Of a stretch of DNA of 64,000 nucleotides, positions 50,555-61,597 are shown one piece after another. Source of the stretch: Anaeramoeba ignava BMAN (lineage: Eukaryota; Protista; Anaeramoebae); NCBI GenBank assembly GCA_028826165.1, contig JAPDFW010000125.1, positions 806,001 to 870,000 of the forward strand, written 5' to 3'. A program made the position numbers and the translations under genes. Every line of letters starts with the position of its first letter. Within the stretch, counting starts at the first letter, position 1. Under the pieces are notes generated by a model. That model made no database searches and had not been told where the DNA came from. It worked only from the letters and a program-made list of their open reading frames with translations.

Positions 50555-50785
50555 AATCAATTTTAAAAAATATTTGACATTAAATTTAATATAAAAAATG
50601 ATTTAAAATAAATTTATAATAATTTATTAAATATTTATTTAATTCATTTTTGAAATAAATTTATTAACAAATTTGAAATATTTTGATTAAATTTTTTAAA
50701 AGAATTAAATTAATTTTAAAAAACATTTAACATTAAATTTAATATAAAAAATAATTTTAAATAAATTTATAATAATTTATTAAAT

Positions 50786-50790
<5 letters not shown>
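50555..50790. repeat. ~153-bp tandem unit, ~1.5 copies (same family as 56790-57178), followed by (GATT)n
   Basis: TTTGACATTAAATTTAATATAAAAA...AAGAATTAAATTAATTTTAAAAAAC is shared with the right-hand array. Confidence 0.8.
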
Positions 50791-50826
<36 letters not shown>

Positions 50827-50953
50827 AATTGATTTTGGAAATTATTTTAAAATAAATCAAAATTGAAAATAATTTGAATTTGTTATTTGTTTTTTATTAA
50901 ATGTTTTTTTGATTTTGGAAAGAGAAAAAGAAATCAAAAGTAAAAAAATTAAT

Positions 50954-53900
50954 TCAATTTTTTTGTAATTTTTCTAAAACTAATTTTCCTTTTTCTTGAA
51001 TATCTTGATTATTTGGGAAATTATTCATTGCTTTAATAATAGGTTCAATTCCATTTAAATTTCTAATTTTAATTTTGTTTTCTATTTTGTTATTTTTTTG
51101 AGAGAAATAAATTAAAAATAATTAATTTTTTGGATTAATTTTTTGGAAATAAAATTGATTAAATATTTTTGATTAATAATAAATAATTAATAATTAATTA
51201 AATTAATTTTCTTATTTTATTTTATTTTATATTTTATTTACCTTCATTATTAGAAGCAATATTCCATAAAGCTCCACATCCATAATTTTGAATATCTTGA
51301 TTATTTGGGAAATTATTCATTGCTTTAATAATAGTTTCAATTCCATTTAAATTTCTAATTTCAATTTTGTTTTCTATTTTGTTATTTTTTTGAAAGAAAT
51401 AAATTGAAATTAAAAATAATTTTTTGGATTAATTTTTTGGAAATAAAATTGATTAAATATTTTTGATTAATAATTAATAATAAATAATTAATTAAATTAA
51501 TTTTCTTATTTTATTTTATATTTTATTTACCTTCATTATTAAAAGCAATATTCAATAAAGCTCCACATCCTTGATATTGAATATCTTGATTATTTGGGAA
51601 ATTATTCATTGCTTTAATAATAGATTCAATTCCTTTTAATTTTCTAATTTCAATTTGGTTTTCTATTTTGTTATTTTTTTGAGAGAAATAAATTTAAATT
51701 AAAAATAATTAATTTTTTGGATTAATTTTTTGGAAATAAAATTGATTAAATATTTTTGATTAATAATTAATAATTAATAATTAATAATTAATTAAATTAA
51801 TTTTCTTATTTTTATTTTATTTTTTATTTTATTTACCATTATTAAAAGCAGCAATATCCCATAAAGCCCAACATCCTTTATGTTGAATATCTTGATTATT
51901 TGGGAAATTATTCATTGCTTTAATAATAGGTTCAATTCCATTTAAATTTCTAATTTCAATTTTGTTTTCTATTTTGTTATTTTTTTGAGAGAAATAAATT
52001 AAAATTAAAAATAATTAATTTTTTGGATTAATTTTTTGGAAATAAAATTGATTAAATATTTTTGATTAATAATTAATAATTAATAATTAATAATTGATTA
52101 AATTAATTTTCTTATTTTATTTTATTTTTATTTTATTTACCATTATTAAAAGCAGCAATATTTCCTAAAGCTCCACATCCTTGATATTGGATATCTTGAT
52201 TATTTGGGAAACTATTCATTGCTTTAATAATAGTTTCAATTCCATTTAAATTTCTAATTTCAATTCTGTTTTCTATTTTATTATTTTATTGAAAGAAATA
52301 AATTTAAATTAATTAAAATTAATTTTTTGGATTAATTTTTTGGAAATAAAATTGATTAAATATTTTTGATTAATAATTAATAATTAATAATTGATTAAAT
52401 TAATTTTCTTATTTTTATTTTATTTTATTTTATTTTATTTACCTTCATTATTAGAAGCAATATTCCATAAAGCTCCACATCCATATTTTTGAATATCTTG
52501 ATTATTTGGGAAATTATTCATTGCTTTAATAATAGGTTCAATTCCTTTTAAATTTCTAATTTCAATTTTGTTTTCTATTTTGTTATTTTTTTGAGAGAAA
52601 TAAATTAAAATTAAAAATAATTAATTTTTTGGATTAATTTTTTGGAAATAAAATTGATTAAATATTTTTGATTAATAATGAATAATTAATAATTAATTAA
52701 ATTAATTTTCTTATTTTATTTTATTTTTTATTTTTATTTACCATTATTAGTAGAAATATTCTTTAAAGCTCCACATCCTTGATATTGAATATTTTGATTA
52801 TTTGGGAAATTATTCATTGCTTTAATAATAGGTTCAATTCCTTTTAAATTTCTAATTTCAATTTTGTTTTCTATTTTGTTATTTTTTTGAAAGAAATAAA
52901 TTGAAATTAAAAATAATTAATTTTTTGGATTAATTTTTTGGAAATAAAATTGATTAAATATTTTTGATTAATAATGAATAATTAATAATTGATTAAATTA
53001 ATTTTCTTATTTTATTTTATTTTTTATTTTTATTTACCATTATTAAAAGCAGCAATACTCCATAAAGCTCCACATCCTTGATATTGAATATCTTGATTAT
53101 TTGGGAAATTATTCATTGATTTAATAATAGGTTCAATTCCTTTTAAATTTCTAATTTCAATTTTGTTTTCTATTTTGTTATTTTATTGAGAGAAATAAAT
53201 TTAAATTTAAATTAATTAATTTTTTGGATTAATTTTTTGGAAATAAAATTGATTAAATATTTTTGATTAATAATTAATAATAAATAATTAATTAAATTAA
53301 TTTTCTTAATTTATTTATTTTTATTTTATTTACCATTATTAAAAGCAGCAATATCCCATAAAGCCCAACATCCTTTATATTGAATATCTTGATTATTTGG
53401 GAAATTATTCATTGCTTTAATAATAGGTTTAATTCCATTTAATTTTCTAATAGTATTTCGATTATCTTGAAGTTTTGAGTTTTGATATTTATTTTTAATT
53501 TTGTTTTGATAAATATAAATCAAATCAAATCCAAAAATAAATTAAATTAAAAATAAAATTAAATTAAATTTAAATTTTAGTTTTAATTTTAGTTTTAGAA
53601 AATAATGAAATAATAAATTTTACTTTTATTTTGTTTTGCAAATTTTTGTAAAATTAAACATCCATTTTCTTGAATTTTTTGATTAATTAGACATTGTTTC
53701 ATATATTTTATTGTTTCTTCAATAGATTCTTTTTTATTTGATTTATTTGATTTATTTAATTTATTTGATTTATTTGATTTATTTGATTTATTTGATTTAT
53801 TTGATTAATTTGATTAATTTGATTAAAAAATAATTTACTTTCATTTAAATTTGAAATTTGTTTTATAAAATTTTCTAAATATTGATGTGCTTTTCCAGAA

Positions 53901-55965
53901 ACATTTCTTTCTAATTCTATTTGAATTTGTGTGATTTTATTTTTTTGTTTTTGAATTTTGTTTTCTTTTTGTTGAATAGTTTGTTTAAATTGATTTATTT
54001 CTTTATCTTTTTGTTGAATATTTTGTTTAAATTGATTTATTTCTTTATCTTTTTGTTGAATATTTTGTTTAAATTGATTAATTTCTTTATCTTTTTGTTG
54101 AATAGTTTGTTTTAGTTGATTTATTTCTTGATCTTTTTGTTGAATATTTTGTTTTTGATTTATTTCTTGAAATTGATTTATTTCTTGATCTTTTTGTTGA
54201 ATATTTTGTTTAAATTGATTTATTTCTTGGTAGTTTTTGTTTTAAATTGATTTATTTCTTGATCTTTTGTTGAATATTTTGTTTTAAATTGATTTATTTC
54301 TTGATCTTTTTGTTGAATATTTTGTTTTTGTTTTTGTTTTAAGTTGATTTATTTCTTGATCTTTTTGTTGAATAGTTTGTTTAAATTGATTAATTTCTTG
54401 ATCTTTTTGTTGAATATTTTGTTTAAATTGATTTATTTCTTGATCTTTTTGTTGAATATTTTGTTTAAATTGATTTATTTCTTTATCTTTTTGTTGAATA
54501 TTTTGTTTAAATTGATTTATTTCTTTATCTTTTTGTTGAATAGTTTGTTTAAATTGATTAATTTCTTGATCTTTTTGTTGAATATTTTGTTTAAATTGAT
54601 TAATTTCTTTATCTTTTTGTTGAATTATTTTGTTTTGTTTTTTTGTTTTAGTTGATTTATTTCTTGATCTTTTTGTTGAATAGTTTGTTTAAATTGATTA
54701 ATTTCTTGATCTTTTTGTTGAATAGCTTGTTTTAGTTGATTTATTTCTTTATCTTTTTGTTGAATAGATTGTTTAAATTGATTTATTTCTTTATCTTTTT
54801 GTTGAATTATTTTGTTTTGTTTTTTTATTGTTTTTTTAAGTTTTTGATTTTTTTGATTTATTAATTGAAGTTGATCAGTTGAAGGTAAAATTAGATTATT
54901 TTCATTTCTGGAATCATTTGAAATAAATCCATCATTTTTAATAGTATCAATAATTAAATAAAAATTTTGAATTTCATTATTAATTTCTTGAATTTGAATT
55001 GGATCAATATATTTTTCTTTATTTATTAAATTTTTATTGCTTTTTTTAAATTTATTTTTCCAATCTTGTGATAATTTCCAAATTAAATCAATTTTGTTTT
55101 CTTTTGATGTTGATTGAATAATTTGAATAATTTCTTTTAATTCTTTATTATTAATTGATCCAATTTGTTTTTCTTCAATAATTTTATTAATATTTTCTTT
55201 AATAAAATTTTCACAAATATTTGAAAGATAATTTGATTCAATAGAAATACTTTTGAAATAAATTGGAATAACATTTTTTTCATTAATTTGTTCTGAAACT
55301 TCTTTTTCAATTTTGATTATTAAACTTGTTAATTTAAAATATTTTGAAAGTTGAAAATATTTTTCAAATTTATTTAAATCAAATTTAAATTCTGAATAAT
55401 AAATAAATGAAATGATTGATTTAACAATATCATATTCAAATTGTGGAAGATATAATTCTTCATTTTCTGTTTTTTCATGATTATTTTCATAAAAAAATCT
55501 TGATCTTGAATTAAGTATTGATTTATGACAAGGAATTTTTTGATTATTTTTTCCAGCATAAATTGTAAAATCACAATTTTCTTCATTTTCAAACATTATT
55601 TTATAATTTGAAAGAAGTTCACAAATTAAAAATTTATTAAGTTCTTGAGAAGGAAATTGATATAATTTTGATATTTGAATTTTTTGTGATTTTTCTTTTG
55701 AATAAATTTCTTTGAATGTAATTTTTTGATTTTGATTTTGATTTTGATTTATATTTTGATTTTGATTTTGATTTTGATTTTGATTTTGGATTTGATTTTG
55801 ATTTATATTTTGATTTTGATTTTGATTTTGATTTTGATTTTGATTTTGATTTTGATTTTGATTTTGCATTTGAATAATTTGATCTTGAACATTCATTTGA
55901 TTTTGATTTTGTAATAAAAGTTGAATTTGATTTTGCATTTGAATAATTTGATCTTGAACATTCAT
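50954..55965 (-). CDS. BTB/POZ + coiled-coil stalk + Armadillo-repeat protein, one ARM repeat per exon
   Basis: BTB motif CDFTIYAG...IPCHKSILNSRSRFF...IISFIY. Stalk runs to donor at 53838. Cap exon 53728-53624; ARM exons 53465-53334, 53169-53038, 52870-52742, 52574-52443, 52272-52141, 51968-51837, 51662-51531, 51373-51242; last exon 51081-50954. All these introns are GT-AG phase 1. Frameshifts occur in the 42-bp repeat (54100-54650), and the true start may lie upstream of 55965. Confidence 0.8.
51000..53465 (-). repeat. Tandem exon+intron cassettes, 289-306-bp period, 8 full units plus a terminal partial unit
   Basis: Exon starts are spaced 296, 299, 296, 302, 304, 306, 289 and 292 bp apart; introns are near-identical. 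Confidence 0.95.
53950..54830 (-). repeat. Coding 42-bp repeat (IQQKD[Q/K]EINQFKQ[N/T]), ~20 copies
   Basis: Units like TTGTTTAAATTGATTTATTTCTTGATCTTTTTGTTGAATATT; each unit is two heptads. Confidence 0.9.
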
Positions 55966-56004
55966 TTGATTTTGATTAGATTTTTGATTGGATTTGTGAT
56001 GAGA

Positions 56005-56170
56005 TTTTTCTTTGGATTTTTCTTTGGATTTTTCTTTGGATTTTTCTTTGGATTTTTCTTTGGATTTTTCTTTGGATTTTTCTTTGGATTTTTCTTTGGA
56101 TTTTTCTTTGGATTTTTCTTTGGATTTTTCTTTGGATTTTTCTTTGGATTTTTCTTTGGATTTTTCTTTG
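56005..56170 (-). repeat. 12-bp repeat (TTTTTCTTTGGA)n, probably coding (KSKE)n
   Basis: About 14 copies. The KSKE frame is continuous with the BTB ORF via HHKSNQKSNQNQM. Confidence 0.8.
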
Positions 56171-56789
56171 TTCTTTTTTTGGATTTTTCATTTTTGGATT
56201 TTTCTTTGATTTTTTTTTGAAGAATAGATTTTTCTTTGGATTTTTTTTTGTTATGGGATTTTTTTGATTTTTGATTCGATTTTTGATTTGATTTTTTTTT
56301 TTGTGGGATTTTGATTAAATAAAATATTTATTTTTGAAATTAATTTTTAATGAATTTCTTTAAAAAATAAAAATGATTTTCTTGTTATGTTTTTGTTGTT
56401 TTTGTTTTTAAATTTTTAAATATTTTTAATTTTAAATAAAAATAAATTTTAAATTTTTATTTTTAAATTAAATTTATTTTTCCTTTTTTTGTTTATTTAA
56501 ATAATATTGAAATAATATTAAATTAATAAGTAATTAATAATTATTTTGTTTCTATTATATTTTTATTTTATATTTTTATTATTATTTATTATTAAATTAT
56601 TTTTATTTTGTTTTTAAAAATTAATAAAAATATTTACTTAATTTAATTTAATTTAATTTTTGAAAAGAAAAAAATGAAAAAAAATAAAAAATGAAATAAA
56701 GAATATTAAATAAATAAATTGAAAATTAATTCTAAATTATATATTTTATCAATATTTCTTTATTTAAATTGATATAAAATTATTCTCAA

Positions 56790-57178
56790 TAATTTAATAA
56801 AATAATTGAAATATTTTAATTAATTTTTTAAAAGAATTAAATTAATTTTAAAAACATTTGACATTGAATTTAATATAAAAAATAATTTTAAATAAATTTA
56901 TAATAATTTATTAAATATTTATTTAATTCATTTTTGAAATAAATTTATTAAAATAATTGAAATATTTTGATTTAATTTTTTAAAAGAATTAAATTAATTT
57001 TAAAAACATTTGACATTGAATTTAATATAAAAAATAATTTTAAATAAATTTATAGTAATTTATTAAATATTTATTTAATTCATTTTTTAAATAAATTTAT
57101 TAAATTAATTGAAATATTTTAATTAATTTTTTTAAAAGAAATAAATTAATTTTAAAAAACATTTGACATTGAATTTAC
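56790..57178. repeat. ~153-bp tandem array, ~2.5 copies
   Basis: The G of marker TTTGACATTG falls at 56860, 57012, 57165. Confidence 0.85.
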
Positions 57179-57289
57179 TTTTAGATTTTAAAAAAAACAA
57201 TTTGAAAGGAATTTTGAAAAAAAGTGGATTTGAATTTAAAAAAAAAATTGATCAAAAATTGTTTTTCATTTTTTTCTTTTTTTTTCAAA

Positions 57290-59667
57290 ATGAAAAATAT
57301 TCCTTTTCAAAGAATTCAAAAAACGAATTCAAATAAGAAAATTAAATATAAAATCGAAGAAATTGCAGATGAAATAATTTCAAAAAAACATAAAAAACAA
57401 CCTTTTCAAGCAAAATTTGTTGGACTTTCTTTATCAAATTTTGAAGAAACAATTGAAACTTTTGATTCTAAAAAAAAAGTTGAAAAAAACAAAGAAATGG
57501 AAAAAAATGTTTATCAAACTGCTTTAAATATTAAAATTAGAAGAGAATTAATCAAAGAAATGCAAGAAAATTTGTTTAAAGTTATTTTTCAAGCAATTCA
57601 AAAAATTGGAAAAGAAGGAAAAATTGAAAAAAATTTTTTAAAAATTGATAATGAAAAAATTCATAAAATTCAAGAAAATAATTTAGAAAATGATTTAGAA
57701 AAAATCAAAGAATTGGAAATTCGAGCAAACAAAATCAAAACAAATTCAGAATCTTTAATTCTTAATTCAAATAATTCAAATAATTCAAATAATGATTTTT
57801 CTTTTTTTTCATCTTTTCTTCTTTCAGAAAAAGAAATTAATTTTGATTTTGATTCAAATTCAAATGAAAAAATCATTTTAATTGAAGAAATGGATAAATT
57901 TTTTGATTTTGATTCTGAAAATTGGATCAAAAAAGAAATTGAGTTTTTTTCTCAATTTGAATCAAGTTATTATGGAAATGGAATTAAAAAAATAAATGAG
58001 AAAGAAGAGAAGAATTTGAAGTTGATGATATTACCACTTACAAACAGTATTATAAAAGAGGAAAACAATGATGTATTTGAAAATCAAATTGAAAATGAAA
58101 ATGAAAATCAAAATCAAAATCAAATTGAAAATCAAATTGAAATTGAAATTGAAAATAAAAATGAAATTGAAAATGAAATTGAAATTGAAATGGAAAATGA
58201 AATTGAAAATAAAAATGAAAATAAAAATGAAAATAAAAATGAAATTGAAAATGAAATTGAAATTGAAATGGAAAATGAGATTGAAATTGATATTGAATCA
58301 TATTCTCAATCTTCTCAAGAAATGGAAATTATTGATCTAACAAATCAAAATAATCAATTAATTTTTCAAACTCAAATGGATAATCATCTTCAAAAACAAA
58401 TTCAAAAAGTGGAAGAAAATCGAAATAAAATTGAAATGGAAAAAAATGTAAATAAAATGATTGAAAAAGATTATGAAAAATTCGAGAAACAACAAAAAGA
58501 AAATAATTCAGAACAAATAAATTTATTATTTAATTTTGAAGAATCAATAACAAGAGAAAGAATTGATCCAAAATTTAAAATCAAAAATCTCATATTAAAA
58601 AAAAATGAAGAGCAATTATTAATTCCTTTATCAAATCCTTATAAATCAGCTTTTGAAATTTTGGAAAAAGATCAATTTGGATGTAAATTAAAAAAAAGAA
58701 TATTGAATGAAAATGAATTAATTTCAAGTTGGATTAAAAAAATGTTTTTTACTTTTGATTTGGAGAATTCAATTCAATCAATTAAAGAATTTTGTGAAAT
58801 GAAAAATAATGAAGAATTTAATTCATTTCCAGATGGATTTTATATATTTCATTCTATCAAACCTATTCAAGAAGAAATTGATTTAGAAGATGATAATTCT
58901 TTAAATGAAAGCTTTGAAGATTTTGAAGATTTTGAAGATTTTGAAAATGAAAATGAAAATCAAAATCAAAATCAAAATCAAAATCAAAATGAAAATGAAA
59001 ATGAAAATCAAAATCAAAATCAAAATCAAATTGAAAATCAAAATCAAAATCAAAATCAAAATCAAAATCAAAATCAAAATCAAAATCAAATGAAAAAAAT
59101 GAAAATCAAAATCAAAATCAAAATCAAATTCAAATTCAAATTCAAAATCAAAATCAATTTGAAAATCAAAATCAAAATCAAATTCAAATTCAAAATCAAA
59201 ATCAAAATCAATTTGAAAATCAAAATCAAAATCAAAATCAAAATCAAATTCAAATTGAAATGGAAAATGATTTATTCAATTCAATTCCAATTATAAATTC
59301 TCAACAAAATCAAACAGGATTCTCTAATTTAATTCAAAAAATTAAAAATAAGAAGAAAAAAACATCAAAATCATTATTTCAAACAGCTTCTCAAGTTTCT
59401 GAGATTTTAATTGATGAATTTTCTACTAAAAAACATTCATCACTTAATATAATCTTCAAATCAACAAAATTACATTCAGAACCAAATCAAAAAACTTCAA
59501 AAGCAAAAACTTTTCTTGCTTTGATTATGTTAGTTCATCATCATAATACAAAAAGTGAACTTTTCAAAGAATTTTCAAAAAATAATCTTTTTTCTGAAAA
59601 AGAAATCAAATTATCAAATAATTTTTTACAATCAGATGTAAATATTGACTTAATTGAAAAGAAATAA
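57290..59667 (+). CDS. Acidic low-complexity protein with possible kleisin-type C-terminal winged helix
   Basis: ATG 57290. A frameshift in the (CAAAAT)n tract near 59090 joins it to ORF 59260-59667. C-terminal SKAKTFLALIMLVHH...IKLSNNFLQSDVNI resembles kleisin C-termini, but the functional call is weak. Confidence 0.45.
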
Positions 59668-59727
59668 AAATGATTGGAAATTGAAAAAAAAAGTATTATT
59701 TTCATTTTAAATTTTCATTTTAGATTT

Positions 59728-61597
59728 TTAATTTTTTCTTTTGACATTCTTTTTTCGAATTTTTGGAACTTTTTGATTATTTGAAGTAATAATTTGTTCA
59801 ATTCTTTTAAATTCTAAAGGTTGAAAAGTAATTGGAGTAAATTTCATTTTTTTTGAATTTGAATTTGTTTTTGGTTTTTTAACTTCAATTTCATCAATAA
59901 TTTCCAATTTATTTTGATTTTGATTTTGATTTTCATTTTGATTTTGATTTTTGAATTTGAATTTGATTTTGATTTTGATTTTCATTTTCAATTTGATTTT
60001 GATTTTGATTTTGATTTTGATTTTGATTTTGATTTTGATTTTGATTTTGATTTGGATTTGAAATTTCTCTTAAAGAATCTTCAATCAAAATATTTGTTTC
60101 TGAAGAAAATAATAAAGGATTATAAACTTCTAATTTAGTAAATGAATCAAGACATTCTTCAATTTTTTTTGAATTTTTTGTTTGGGAATCCTCAATTAAA
60201 AAATCATTATCAATAACATTTTGAAAACCAATAATATTTTCTGAAGTTGCTATTTTTTTCCCAAATAAACAAGTTGAATTTGAATCAGAAATTAAAATGA
60301 AAAATTTCTTGATTTTTTTGTTTGAATCAATTTGAATTTTTTTGGAAATTAATAATCCACATTTTTTTTCATTAAGTTTTGCACATAAAAAATAAAAATC
60401 TCTAAATTGATTTTCCATTTCATTAACATCACTTATAAAATCACTATCTGGAGTTAAAATAAATGGAACTCCAAAAAGTAAAGATTGATTTATTCCTTGA
60501 ATTTCAACTAAATTTTCCATTTTGAAAATTATTTTTGGATTTTCTTTTTGAATTGAAGAATTATTAACAATTCCAAATGTTTCATGAATTTCCTGTTTTT
60601 TAGAATGATTTCCAAATTGAAAAGAATGAAAATATTCATTTTTGTTTAATTTTTTGTGTGATTGAGAACAATAAAGATTTGTATCATTTGGATTTTTTTC
60701 TAATACTTCTTTTAAATGACAAATACAAGTCTAAAAAAGGAAAAAAAAAGATTCAGAATAAATTCAAAATTTGGAAAGAAAATTTAATCCAATTTTCTCA
60801 CTTACTTTTGTTGAAGTAATTTTTGGATTTTTAATTAATTCCTTTTGTTTTAAACACTTCATTTTTTCCATTTCTAATTTTTTAGGAAATTTGATTTCAA
60901 TTTTGATAGAATTTTGCAAATTGATTTCTTGAGAAAATTGGGAGAAAATTTCTTGGAAAAAACTTGGGAAATTTTGGATAATTTGAAATTGACAATTTGG
61001 AAAACTTGAAATTATTTCTCCAATTTTTTTATCATTAAAAAGAGATAAATTTTGAATTTCATTTTGAATTTCATTTTGAATTTCATTTTCATTTTCATAA
61101 ATCAAATAATAAGAGAAAAATATATTTTTTTCTAATAATTTTTCCATTAATTTTTCCATTTCTTCTTTTTCTTCAAAAAATTTTGATGAAGTAAAAAATT
61201 TGATATAAGTTTGATAATTGGAATTTTTGGAACAATTTTTTTCAATTTCCATTAAAGTTTTCAATATTATTTCATTTTTTGTCATTTCTTCTTTTGAAAT
61301 CATTTGAAATTCTTGTTCTTTCATTAAAGAAAAAAGATTATTTAATTTTTCAATTAAAAAAAGATTAATTTCTGATTCAAATTGAATTAATTTGTTTTGA
61401 TTTTTTGATTTGATTAAATTAATTTGAATTTTAATTGATTTTTTTGTTTTTGAAGAAATTGTTAAAATGATAAATTTTTTTAAAGATTTAATTAAATTTT
61501 GAATCCAGAAATTGATAAACATTTGTTTTTTTTGATTTTGATTTTCTAAAATAAGGATTAAATTAATTTTAATTTCTTGAATATTTTCTTTATTCAT
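59728..61597 (-). CDS. M1AP: Meiosis 1 arrest protein (M1AP)-like (2 exons)
   Basis: Exons 61597-60806 and 60730-59728, with one frameshift in a microsatellite near 59950. GINQSLLFGVPFILTP, ENQFRDFYFLCAKL, FFILIS...KKIATSENII and IEECLDSFTKLEVYNPL match M1AP C-terminal blocks in order. Confidence 0.7.

Noticed and set aside
50791-50834. (GATT)n tract as the tail of a retrocopy or a telomeric seed
   Set aside because: The adjacent gene keeps its introns and the tract is short and not G-rich; kept only as a junction marker.
51000-53465. CRISPR-like repeat/spacer array or diversity-generating retroelement
   Set aside because: Units are ~298-bp exon+intron cassettes with GT-AG sites. There are no unique spacers, no cas or reverse transcriptase gene in the window, and variation is not confined to adenines of a template copy.
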